Positions 52,721-63,785 of a stretch of 63,785 nt of DNA are shown here, piece by piece (the first letter of the stretch is position 1; every line of letters begins with the position of its first letter). Made by a program: the position numbers and the translations under genes. The notes beneath the pieces were generated by a model, which saw nothing but the letters and a program-made list of their open reading frames with translations, searched no databases and was not told the DNA's origin. The DNA lies in contig NC_068982.1 of NCBI RefSeq assembly GCF_001194135.2, positions 175,090,501-175,154,285 on the forward strand, read 5' to 3'. This DNA is from Octopus bimaculoides (lineage: Eukaryota).

Positions 52721-53793
52721 AACAAAATGAAGAACGATAACATGGCGACAGGAGCAAATAAAAGAGAAAAGGAAGATGAGAAAAAAGGCGGAAAAAGAAG
52801 GGAAAGAGATCATAATGAAAATATGTCACCATAGTTTTACTGTGTACCTACAGCCACGTTAGGTGATATATTGTGATGCTGAGTCTGTAGTATTAGTCAC
52901 TATCATCAGATGATGTCAGTATCTGTATGTCATCAGTGAGGGAACAGCTACATAGCCATTTCTGCCACATACATACATACATTCAGACACAGACACACAC
53001 ACACACTTAAGTATATATGAGCATGTCTAGATATGCGACTATATGCATAAGAATATATACATAAAACAAAATCTGCATGCATGCATACATACATACATAC
53101 ATACATACATACAAAAATACCCTGTTATTGATGTTGAAATTCTAATGAAGGAGCCTTGGAATTAGATTAGATAGAAACCGGCCTTTTCTCTATTGGCAAG
53201 ACATTTTCAAAATAAAACTGAACAGTGACATACATACATGTATACATACACGCATGCATGTCTGCATCCATCCATCCATCCATCCATCCATCCATCCATC
53301 CATCCATCCATCCATCCATCCATACAGCTTTGTATCTTTGTTAGAAACCAACTCCATTTTCAGGGGAAGAATTTCAATAATTAAAAACAGAAGAGAACGA
53401 ACATATATACAAGCTATGATAACTTTGGAAAATTCTTGATTCTTGAGATTATCTCCCCTTTTCGTATGCGGCTGGTCTTAATTGCTATTTGGTACTTTTG
53501 ACACATCCTCTAGAGGAGGAGAAAATTTCAATAAACCAGGAATTTATGTTATATGTTATTTGATATACCTATATTTGTCTATGTTGTTCAAATAGATGCC
53601 AACAACGTCTTTGAGTTACTTATTATAGTTTACATTGGCCTTAAGTTTGTTCTAGTCTTGGCAGCTGGAGTTAAGATAGAGCACTTGTGCTGACGACGGT
53701 TACCGAGGCAGAAATACATGTCGATGATAATCTTACGTATGTATGTATGTATGTATGTATGTATGTATGTATGCGTGTGTGTGTGTGTGTACA

Positions 53794-53855
<62 letters not shown>

Positions 53856-53864
53856 CCTTTTTAC

Positions 53865-54240
53865 CTTTTATTTCACTTATAAGACTGCGACCATGCTCAG
53901 ATACCGTCTTGAAGAATTTTTAGTGAAATAAACTGATCCCAGTACTTATTCTTTTAATTTACGTACTTATTCTATCGGTCTCTTTTGCCGCACCACTAGG
54001 TTACGGGGACGGAAACACCAACACCGTTTGTCAAGCGGTGGTCAGGGACAAGCACACACTCAGACAGACAGATACACACGCACACACACACACAACAGGC
54101 TTCTTTCAGCCTCCGTCTATCAAGTCCACTCACAAGGCTTTGGTTGGCCCGAGGCTGTAGAACAAGATACTTGCCCAAGGTGCCATGCAGTGGGTCTGAA
54201 CCCGGAACTATTTGTTTGAAGTAGGCTTCTTACCACATAG
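53865..54240 (-). mobile_element. SINE family A
   Basis: Reverse-complement match to 1-408. Confidence 0.85.
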
Positions 54241-54723
54241 ACGTCTCTCTCTCACCCCCTCTCTCTAGGCATATAGAACCCCACCAGGAAACTGTCACCA
54301 TCTTTAAGCGAGAGACAAGATAAAAAGATAAAATGAAAATATACATCCTTCCCCCTCATCTTTGCTTCTACTTATATCTCAATTTTACTGTTACAAACCA
54401 TTTGTGTGTCGTAATCCCAGCCATATTCTCTATGACGTAGGCCCTCATAGGCCATGGATAATTACCTCTCGTTTGCAGTAAGCTTCGTGTTTCACTACTC
54501 TCCCCACTCCCCACTGCTTAAATTGAACAAACTCTATTTTTATCCGACGAGACTCCAGTGAAGTTAATATATAAGTATAAGTCCAGCAGGGAATTAGTAA
54601 ATTAGTAGGTGTTACTACACTGTACAGTCGAATGTAAAAATTAAATAAATGAATAAATATTTTTATTGTAACTGGTGGAACGTGGCAATTTGAAAATATA
54701 TTTTCTTGGCCATCAACACACAC

Positions 54724-54759
<36 letters not shown>

Positions 54760-54924
54760 ACACACACTCAAGTGGTAGAGACGTTAGAAGATAGGATAGA
54801 ATAGTTGCAGTATTTGTTTCGGGTCTCTGCTTTCCGGGTTCAAATCCCGATAGTGATAACTTTTGCCTTTCTTTCGAGGTCGATAAGTAAAGTATGAATT
54901 GTTAGTCAAAGTAGTGGTGGAGAT

Positions 54925-54966
<42 letters not shown>

Positions 54967-55226
54967 ACGCACTTACACACGCGCGTCCTCTCATTCTCTT
55001 TCTAGCGATAAAATCTGTTGTGGTCAGCCCTAGATAGGGAATGGTTCCGCTGTAAGCATGCGCACAGACGTAAGTGCGCACGCAGAGATAATGAGGATCA
55101 GATAAGCAGATATTAATAACCGCGACCAGATGCGAACCAGCAACGTGTAGAAACGTCTCGGTTCCACTCACCAGTTTTCATAAACTACCACAGTTTGTTA
55201 TTTCAATCACGAAAACTATATTTGCC

Positions 55227-55714
55227 TTAAACTGTTGTCGTCATCATCATCATCATCATCATCATTATCGTCTTCACTACTACCAATGCCCCCACCCTCC
55301 CGTCTTCGCTATCTTTCTCACCGTGCTCTTCATAATTTTCAGCATTATCATCACCTTCCTCCTCCTCCCCCTCCTCCTCTTCCACCTCCTCCTCCTCATC
55401 ATCATCTCCCACTCCTCCTCCGCCACCCCACCCCCACTACTACCAACACTACTACTACTACTACTAATCACCATCACAGCTAATAATACCTCATCATCGT
55501 TATCGTCGCCGCCACCACCACCACTGCTGCTGCTGCTACTACTACTACTACTACTCATCACCATCATCATCGCCTTCACAACGAACGGTAACTCATCATC
55601 GTTATCGTTATTTTTGTCACCGTGCTCTTCATAATTTTCATCATCATCATCATCATCATCATCTTCCTCCTCCTCCTCCTCCTCATCATCATCACCATCG
55701 TCGTCATTCTCCTC

Positions 55715-55750
<36 letters not shown>
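55227..55750. repeat. Compound trinucleotide low-complexity block (CAT/CCT/CTA/CGT)n
   Basis: Direct inspection; produces spurious poly-I/L/E/M ORFs. Confidence 0.9.
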
Positions 55751-55751
<1 letters not shown>

Positions 55752-56033
55752 TCATTTCAACGATGCCAGTCATGATCACAGTTTGCAATTCCCGTGACCA
55801 AACGCCTCTTCCTGACAATTGCCACACGGTGTTACAACGTCAAAGGCAGCTGTTGCTGCTGCTGCCCTTGATCGTGGTGGCAGTGACGGTGGTGCAAATG
55901 ATCCTTAAGACAATTTGCCGGTCTTCTCTTGATGACGTCGAGTCCACAAGAATCATTTCAACGAGGTTCTCTCTAAACCTTCATGAATGTAGCGACCGAA
56001 AACACTCTTTCCTCATCACCCTTTCACCTTCCT

Positions 56034-56083
<50 letters not shown>

Positions 56084-56512
56084 CTCCCTCCTTCCTTCCT
56101 TCCTTTCTTTCTTCCCTTCCTCCCTCCCTCCTTTCTTTCTTTCTTTCTTTCTTTCTCCCCCGTCACTCTTATGATACACCTTTATATTCAAACTGCTGCT
56201 TGATCATCACAATGGCGTTGGTGGAGGAAAGATGGTGTAGGAAAACAGCACCCCCCAACCCACCCCACCAAAAAAACAAGCAGTAGTAGTAGGAGGAGGA
56301 AGATAATAAATTCTTACATGAAGCACCAAGGTTTAAACTTCGTCGGGGGTGGGGGAAGGTTGTAATCGATTAAATCGATCTCAGTAATCGGCTGCTAATT
56401 TTACTTCATCAATTCCCCAGAAGTACGATCAGCAAAGTTGACCATTGTAGGAGTTAGGACACAGAACATAAAGCGCCTAACTTAAGAACGTGGATAAAGT
56501 GAAACATGGGGA

Positions 56513-56722
56513 ATAATGGTCTCAAATTTTAGCACAAGGCCAGAAATTTTAGGAAGCGGGATAAGTCGACTATATCAACCCCGGTGTTTAACTGGTTCTT
56601 ATTTTATCGACCCTAAAAATGAAAGGCAAAGTCAAAGTCGGTGGCATTTGACCTTAGAACGTAAAGTCATACGAAATACAGCCAAGCTTTTGTCCGACGT
56701 GCTAACGATTCTGCTAGTTGGT
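56513..56722 (-). mobile_element. SINE family B
   Basis: GCACAAGGCC..TTATTTTATCGACCC..GCTAACGATTCTGC. Confidence 0.8.
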
Positions 56723-56802
56723 CAACTTAAACATGGAGAAGAATAATAAAAGTAGCAACAATAAGAAGAAATTTCTTTCAGTGGTCACAAGTACCAAGAC
56801 AT

Positions 56803-57110
56803 GTGGCACTCCGTCGGTTACGACGACGAGGATTCCAGTTGATCCGGAACAGCTTGCTCGTGAAATTAACGAGCAAGTGACAGAGCACTCCACAGACACG
56901 TGTATCCTTAATGTAGTTCTCAGGAAGATTCAGCGTGACATAGAGTGTGACAAGGCTGGCCCTTTGAAATACAGGTACTACTCATTTTTGCCAGCTGAGT
57001 GGAATGGAGCAACGTGAAATAAAGTGTCTTGCTCAGGGACTCAACGCGCTGCCGGGAATTGAACTCACGATCATGAGCCGAATAACCTAATCACTAAGCT
57101 ACGTGCCTTC
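56803..57110 (-). mobile_element. Chimeric SINE: family D head and core with family C tail
   Basis: 3' about 170 nt matches 15044-15230; core matches 28880-28950. Confidence 0.75.
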
Positions 57111-57147
57111 ACTGACAAGATATGCAGGAAAATGTAGATGGATGAAA

Positions 57148-57529
57148 TGTTGTTGGCACTCCGTCGCTTATGACGACGAGGGTTCCAGTTGATCCGATCA
57201 ACGGAACAGCCTGCTCGTGAAATTAACGTGCAAGTGGCTGAGCACTCCACAGACACGTGTATCCTTAATGTAGTTCTCGGGGATATTCAACGTGACACAG
57301 TATGACAAGACTGACCCTTTGAATTACAAGCACAACAAAAACAGGAAGTAAGAGTGAGAGAAAATTGTGGTGGAAGAATACAGCAGGGTTCGCCACCAAC
57401 CCCTGTCGGAGCCTCGTGGAGCTTTAGGTGTTTTCGCCCAATAAACACTCACAATGCCCGGTCTGGGAATCGAAACCACGATCCTATGACCGCAAGTCCG
57501 CTGCCCTAACCACTGGGCCATTGCGCCTC
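57148..57529 (-). mobile_element. SINE family C, full length
   Basis: Close match to 15044-15428. Confidence 0.9.
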
Positions 57530-57799
57530 CGATGAATGAAATACAACACACAAAAAGTGAAATTTATAACGGTCAAAAGGAAATTCATAAAACAGATATA
57601 TAAAATAGATATATAGAATAGATAGATGAAAATAATTTCCAACAATAATTAAAAAAAAAATTCCTCAATAGAAGGACACCCGCGATAATTTCAGGATTTC
57701 TCTGCCATCTTCGCGGCATCAAAAATGCCCTCTTCTAGTTTCTTTCCTCCAAACTTAGAAACGCATGCCTAAAGGTAGCCCCATTGAAACTCACCTATT

Positions 57800-57990
57800 T
57801 TGTCAATCTCATCTATCTTTTGATATGCACACTAAATGACATACAGGGGAAGACAGAGGAGGAGTCCTTGATAAACCGAGTGTTCGACGCTAAACGGTTC
57901 CGAGAGATGGCCGTTGAATTCGACCGACGAATGGATACCGCTGTACATTGCGGCGCGATACAGTCTCTGGAGATGGGATGGAAACCCATC
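57800..57990 (-). mobile_element. Decayed L1/Tx1-like LINE RT fragment
   Basis: GFHPI..AMYSGIHSSVEFNGHLSEPFSVEHSVYQG..PLYV (cf. VNGHLSxPFxVxRSVRQGCPLSPLLY). Confidence 0.65.
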
Positions 57991-58956
57991 TTTTACACAC
58001 ACACACACACACGTTTAAGCGCGTGTGTGTAGACAAATACAGGTATATCAAATACCATACAACATAAATTCTTGATTTATCAAAATTATCTCCGCTTCTA
58101 GAGAATTTACTTTAATTACCAAATAACAGTTAAGATTAGCTCCACTTGAGAGAGGAATATAATCTCAAGAATCAAGTATTATCGAAAGATGACACGCCGT
58201 TAATGAAAAAGACTATTATTTTCCGGAGATAAGAGGACGGTCGTTAACGAGTGTTTCAGGCTCAGAAACCGTCACCAGCGCACCTATTTTCGTTACTTAT
58301 GTAAGCAACAGAGTTATACGAAAAGAGTTGAACATATTTATGACCTGGGGTTTAACAAAAATGAGCTAAGAGAAATTACTGACAATGACCTGTGGCATAT
58401 ATTTGAACAAGAAACAAATACCGGTATATCAAATAGTATACAACAGTCAAGATTTGGTGTACCAGTGAAATACAAAACTTCTTACACTAGAATTCAATGA
58501 CTAAATTCTTCTTTTTTCGAAACGACTGGAATACTCATTGTCGAAACCGACGGTGGGTCACAATCTCTCTCTCCTCTTTTCTCTCGATATATATATANNN
58601 NNNNNNNNNNNNNNNNNNNNNNNNNNNNNNNNNNNNNNNNNNNNNNNNNNNNNNNNNNNNNNNNNNNNNNNNNNNNNNNNNNNNNNNNNNNNNNNNNNNN
58701 NNNNNNNNNNNNNNNNNNNNNNNNNNNNNNNNNNNNNNNNNNNNNNNNNNNNNNNNNNNNNNNNNNNNNNNNNNNNNNNNNNNNNNNNNNNNNNNNNNNN
58801 NNNNNNNNNNNNNNNNNNNNNNNNNNNNNNNNNNNNNNNNNNNNNNNNNNNNNNNNNNNNNNNNNNNNNNNNNNNNNNNNNNNNNNNNNNNNNNNNNNNN
58901 NNNNNNNNNNNNNNNNNNNNNNNNNNNNNNNNNNNNNNNNNNNNNNNNNNNNNNNN

Positions 58957-59003
<47 letters not shown>

Positions 59004-59507
59004 GAGCATTACAAAGAAGTACAGAATTATAAAAAGAGATACAGAGATTACTGAGAGATTGAAAGTGAGTGAGTGAGTGAGTGAGTGAGAGTGAGAGAGA
59101 GAGAGAGAGAAAGAGTGAGGTTGATAATTGAAAGTATGCTAGTATTTAGACGAGAAGACAAAATAAAGCAAAATTAGAATGTAACAAGAATTGAAACAGA
59201 AGGCTTAAGAAATGCTAAAAGTGAGCCCAATGAACGTATGATATATATTTTGTTTAAGTTTGCGATGCTGTTTCGAGCCTAAGTTCAAACTTTATTTTTC
59301 ACTTGCATTACTTATTCGAAATATATTTTATACGCTCATTAATAAAATAAATGAATAAATAATTGATGTTATAGGATATTTTTCAGGCACTCAACTACAA
59401 GTTCACTGATCTTATTGCAGAAACAGCTGTAGGCTAATGAAGTTCGTAACATAACTATTGCTTTTATTATGAGTGGATCTGGTTGACGGAAACTGAAAGA
59501 AGCCCGT

Positions 59508-59541
<34 letters not shown>

Positions 59542-59610
59542 ATAGACCGCTAACCACTACACACATTTTGTTTTCTCTCTTTGTTTCTCTCCTTGTTTCT
59601 TTCTGTGTTC

Positions 59611-59646
59611 CTTTCTGTGGAAGAGCGTAGGCTCGAAACGTTAAAG
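59611..59646 (+). ncRNA. Minimal hammerhead-like motif with variant core CTGTGGA
   Basis: CTTT-CTGTGGA-A-GAGC(GTAG)GCTC-GAAA-C-GTT-AAAG; stems I and II pair perfectly. Confidence 0.55.
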
Positions 59647-60028
59647 ACTTTTTCAATTCCCGAGCGTTATACTAATACATCTGTTTGTTTTTTTACNNNN
59701 NNNNNNNNNNNNNNNNNNNNNNNNNNNNNNNNNNNNNNNNNNNNNNNNNNNNNNNNNNNNNNNNNNNNNNNNNNNNNNNNNNNNNNNNNNNNNNNNNNNN
59801 NNNNNNNNNNNNNNNNNNNNNNNNNNNNNNNNNNNNNNNNNNNNNNNNNNNNNNNNNNNNNNNNNNNNNNNNNNNNNNNNNNNNNNNNNNNNNNNNATAT
59901 ATATGTGTGTGTGTATGTATATATAGTGAGTTCAAAAAAGAAAAACGACAAAAAATAACAAAAAACAACAACGCGATGATGTGATACAGATATTGTGTTA
60001 CTGGACGCTCAGGAAAGGAAAGAAAGAG

Positions 60029-60064
60029 AATTTGACGTTTCGAGCGGAGATCTTCGTCGGAATA
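60029..60064 (-). ncRNA. Degenerate minimal hammerhead-like motif (CCGACGA core)
   Basis: CCGACGA-A-GATC(TCC)GCTC-GAAA-C-GTC-AAA on the minus strand; one stem II mismatch and a weak stem I. Confidence 0.4.
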
Positions 60065-61397
60065 CGCACACACACATATATATATTGTATGAATGTATGT
60101 ATGTGCGTATGTGTGTGTGTGTGTTTGTGTTTGTCTTCCATTGTCACTTGATACCGGAGCTGATTTGATTACGTCCTCGAAAACTACTTCCAGTTTCTTT
60201 TTGTTATGTTGTTTTCCTCGAGACCAACAAAGGAAATATTGTTAAAAAATAAGTACTGGAGTCAATTTGTCCAACTAAAACCTTTCAAGACGGTGGTCCA
60301 GCATGGATGCAACCTAATGACTAAAACTAGTAAAAAATAAAGAATTAAACAGTAGAGAGCTTTGTAGCAATACAAAAGACAGAGGAGGATGGAAGAATGT
60401 TAGTAACTATTATGTTTTTTTTATCTCTCTTTTTCTTTGTTGGAGTGTGAGAGGGTACGACCCAAAAAGTGAGTGCGTGAGGTGTGAGAAATAGTCAAAT
60501 ATAATATGGTATTGAATTTTGCATAGGCTAAGAAATTGTTGAAGGATGAGACGTTTTTTGGATCAAGGAAGCCAGCGTAGTCTTTCTGGTGAAGTCGTTT
60601 GTAAACTGAAATGTCTTGAACAAAGAATCGAAAATGCCGCCTCTGTTTTTTTTTCTTTCTTCCACTACAAAGCTGTCCACTGGGAATGTAATACAAAGGT
60701 TTTAGGGATTTTTTATAAAGGGCCTCAACATCTAGGGTATTTTCGAGGAAGTATAACTGGAATGTCATAACGTTCGTCCCGGTGCCTTCTCCCGGGAGTT
60801 AGTGAGACAAGTGAAAAATACAGTTTGAACTTAGGCTCGAAACAGCATCGCGGAATTGATCGAAAATTCTTCTCTTCAGCGATATCAGTGTCAACAATAA
60901 ATGTATCAGCTAACAACGAGCCAATAAAGAGAACGTCTACGGGATCTCTTGATCTGTTAGAAATAATCAAATCTATTTCGCAAGTCACACCTTACTACCG
61001 TAAAACAAGGGAGAATTTACAAATGTAATTTCTGACATGCGATGTATTAGTCTTGATATGTTAATCAGGATGATAAAAGTTGTTTACAGCTGCTTGTCCA
61101 TGGTTTACTTTAGATAAATAGCATCAATAACAATGACAGTTTTCCACTTTCAATGAGTATTTAAGACGAGTATTATTTGTGTTGTGTTATTTTATTTTCA
61201 ATACTCTGTCAGGAGAAACAGTGGAAATGGCCAAGTCAATAAAGCACCGACTATATACTGTTTCGAGAAAACTTATGGAAACCGAATGAGGCCTAAGTTG
61301 AATCCGTGATACATCGCTAGTTAGAGATGTATACTCACTTGAGCGGTTATAACTCCTAAACTGCTTTAGAGCAACGACTAGGGATCTATTGCAAAAC

Positions 61398-61696
61398 GGG
61401 GGCACCAGTATTTTCTTAACGAAACACTAACGAAACACTTTGAAACTTGGGACACTGGTAGAATGTGTCATATAAAACATCTTTTACTCTTAGTCTTCTT
61501 AACAAAAAAACGTACATCGCAAGTTATTCCATGTTAAAGTTGTCGTATTTCTGTAATTTCAACCAATCACTGACGTCTATTCAGCTGAATAGAGTTACTG
61601 CTGGGCGGTCATAAAAATGTTATTCCCTGACATATTTCATCCGGTTTAATCGTAATTTATACGCATATATTGTTTATATAATAAATTACGCTGTGC
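61398..61696. mobile_element. Probable DNA transposon (Tc1-like) terminal fragment
   Basis: TTGAAACTTGGGACACTGGTAGAATGTGTCATATAAAACATC resembles Tc1/pogo subterminal sequence; the other end is lost in the gap. Confidence 0.35.
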
Positions 61697-62680
61697 NNNN
61701 NNNNNNNNNNNNNNNNNNNNNNNNNNNNNNNNNNNNNNNNNNNNNNNNNNNNNNNNNNNNNNNNNNNNNNNNNNNNNNNNNNNNNNNNNNNNNNNNNNNN
61801 NNNNNNNNNNNNNNNNNNNNNNNNNNNNNNNNNNNNNNNNNNNNNNNNNNNNNNNNNNNNNNNNNNNNNNNNNNNNNNNNNNNNNNNNNNNNNNNNNNNN
61901 NNNNNNNNNNNNNNNNNNNNNNNNNNNNNNNNNNNNNNNNNNNNNNNNNNNNNNNNNNNNNNNNNNNNNNNNNNNNNNNNNNNNNNNNNNNNNNNNNNNN
62001 NNNNNNNNNNNNNNNNNNNNNNNNNNNNNNNNNNNNNNNNNNNNNNNNNNNNNNNNNNNNNNNNNNNNNNNNNNNNNNNNNNNNNNNNNNNNNNNNNNNN
62101 NNNNNNNNNNNNNNNNNNNNNNNNNNNNNNNNNNNNNNNNNNNNNNNNNNNNNNNNNNNNNNNNNNNNNNNNNNNNNNNNNNNNNNNNNNNNNNNNNNNN
62201 NNNNNNNNNNNNNNNNNNNNNNNNNNNNNTTTTTTTTTTTTTTCGTGTTGCAATGTGAAGATCTAACAACTATTTTTAGAGACTCCTTCACTGACTTCAA
62301 TAAATAAAAATGCATTCAATTTAAAAAATAAACTATTGTCTTTGTAAAAATTCCTCTAACTTTCTGTTTTCCTGTCACTCTTCGTATCTTTCTCTTTCTT
62401 TCGTCCCCCACAAACTTACTCTTCACTCTATTTCTGTAACAGCCACTGCTTTCGTTATTTCAATTTATTTTCTGTTACTTATGATCTCTTTCTCTTTCGC
62501 TCACGGTTTAAACAATTATCCTTTTCCTCCCATATGCACTTCTCCCTCTCTTTCCTTTCTTTTAACCTCTTCTTCCACTATTTCCAATAATATTATTGCC
62601 TCAAGCACTCCATTATTCTACTATTCTTTTCAACCATTCGTTTTTACAACGTTTTTCTTTCTTTCTCTAACTCTCTCGTG

Positions 62681-62733
<53 letters not shown>

Positions 62734-63079
62734 ACTTAACCGCTTTCCTTCTCCCTTTGTCTCCTCAACCTGCCACTTTTCTCCTCCCTTCCTCTCTGTA
62801 CCAGCCCCATTGTCCAGCAGTCACTAAGTACAAGTTAAAAGCCATCAGCATTGGCTAAGAAGGCACCAGAACAAACACAATTGTGACTATTCGCTATTAT
62901 TGCTATTTAACCGAATTCAAGTACATTCTTTGTCCGATGTGTTCGACGTCTTTCTACACCTTTCTCTTGTCGCCTCTCTATAGAAGATGCAAGGGTTGTG
63001 GCGGTGGTGGTGCAAAGAATTAACAAACGAATTACAATAAAATTAACGACACTAATACTGATTTCTTACATTTGCATAT

Positions 63080-63716
63080 GACCACACAGGGGACTGGTAG
63101 AGTCACTTCAGTCGACATCATTGTAAATACTGGTACTTTATTTTAATGACCACCGAAGGGATGAAAGGCAAAGTTGATCCCGTCGGAATTTGAGATCAAA
63201 TGATAAAGGGACTTAGATAAAAACCCAAATACATTTTGTATGATTCTGGACTATCTTGGTTTTAGCAACAATAGTTACTTCTAAGACAGGCACATGGCCA
63301 GAAATTTATGAGTTGCGGCTGAAGGAAACAGACGATTATAACGGTTCCAGTATTTGACTGGTGTTTAAAATTTATCGACTCCAGAAGGACGAAAAGTAAA
63401 GTTGATCTCCACGGAATTTTGAAAGTAATGCCGCTAGGCGATTTGTCCGGGGCGGTCACTATTCTGCCAACTTGCCGTATGATGATGATGATAATGATGA
63501 TAATCCTTTCTACTGGAGGCACAAGGCCTCAAATTTGTGGGGAAGGGAGAAGTCGATTACATCGACCCCAGTGTTTCACTGATACTTAATTTATCGACTC
63601 CGAAAGGATGAAAGGCAAAGTCGACCTCGGCGGAATTTGAACTCAGAACTAGGCGACAGCGGAAATACTGCTAAGCATTTTGTCCAGTGTGCTAACGATT
63701 CTGCCAGTTCGCCACT
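63080..63716 (-). mobile_element. Head-to-tail array of three SINE family B copies (63080-63240, 63280-63478, 63503-63716)
   Basis: Repeated ACTGGTACTT..GAAAGGCAAAGT..GGAATTTGA; separated by (GAT/AAT)n. Confidence 0.85.

Positions 63717-63717
<1 letters not shown>

Positions 63718-63785
<68 letters not shown>
63718..63785. repeat. (TAA)n microsatellite, possibly the tail of a further SINE copy beyond the window
   Basis: Direct inspection. Confidence 0.95.

Noticed and set aside
55170-55181. Minus-strand ATG AAA ACT G|GTGAGT, a phase-1 donor that would join the hkb exon in frame
   Set aside because: An in-frame TAG lies two codons upstream, and the product would lack finger 1 and the whole N-terminus; probably chance.
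55227-56203. Poly-E, poly-I/L/V and poly-S ORFs that look transmembrane or acidic (also 19077-19447 and 51496-51738)
   Set aside because: They are translations of triplet and tetranucleotide repeats that are open in several frames on both strands.
57660-58000. CpG-rich block with a YY1-like motif and a minus-strand GTGAGT donor as the hkb promoter or first exon
   Set aside because: The minus-strand translation is better explained as an L1/Tx1 RT remnant.
457-62315. Long ORFs of 150-370 aa containing X runs
   Set aside because: They only span assembly N-gaps and flanking (TA)/(CA)/(CT) microsatellites; no coding evidence.

Overview
AT-rich, microsatellite-dense animal genomic DNA from a fragmented short-read scaffold with about 20 N-gaps, nearly all flanked by simple repeats. 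The SINE families, (ATGT)n/(TA)n/(CA)n density and gap pattern point to a coleoid cephalopod, probably Octopus (inference). Only one host coding exon is supportable: a minus-strand terminal exon (33519-33694) encoding two C2H2 zinc fingers with the RNEELTR / RKDHLSK signature of Huckebein (Sp/KLF-related). Its upstream exon(s) are not visible. The rest is repeat-derived: several tRNA-headed SINE families, three decayed Penelope-like retroelements of two types, RTE and L1/Tx1 LINE fragments, a REL-endonuclease LINE end, a mariner remnant, a hAT MITE and a MULE-like element. The most notable hidden layer is a set of hammerhead ribozyme (HHR) motifs. One is a fully paired type I HHR at 3194-3255. 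Another is a tRNA-headed, HHR-bearing non-autonomous element inserted as an inverted pair between 12-bp target-site duplications (19815-20321). There are also several minimal HHR variants in Penelope-type terminal remnants. Most ORFs in the supplied track are artefacts of N-runs and microsatellites. Repeat boundaries are approximate and were read by eye without database searches.
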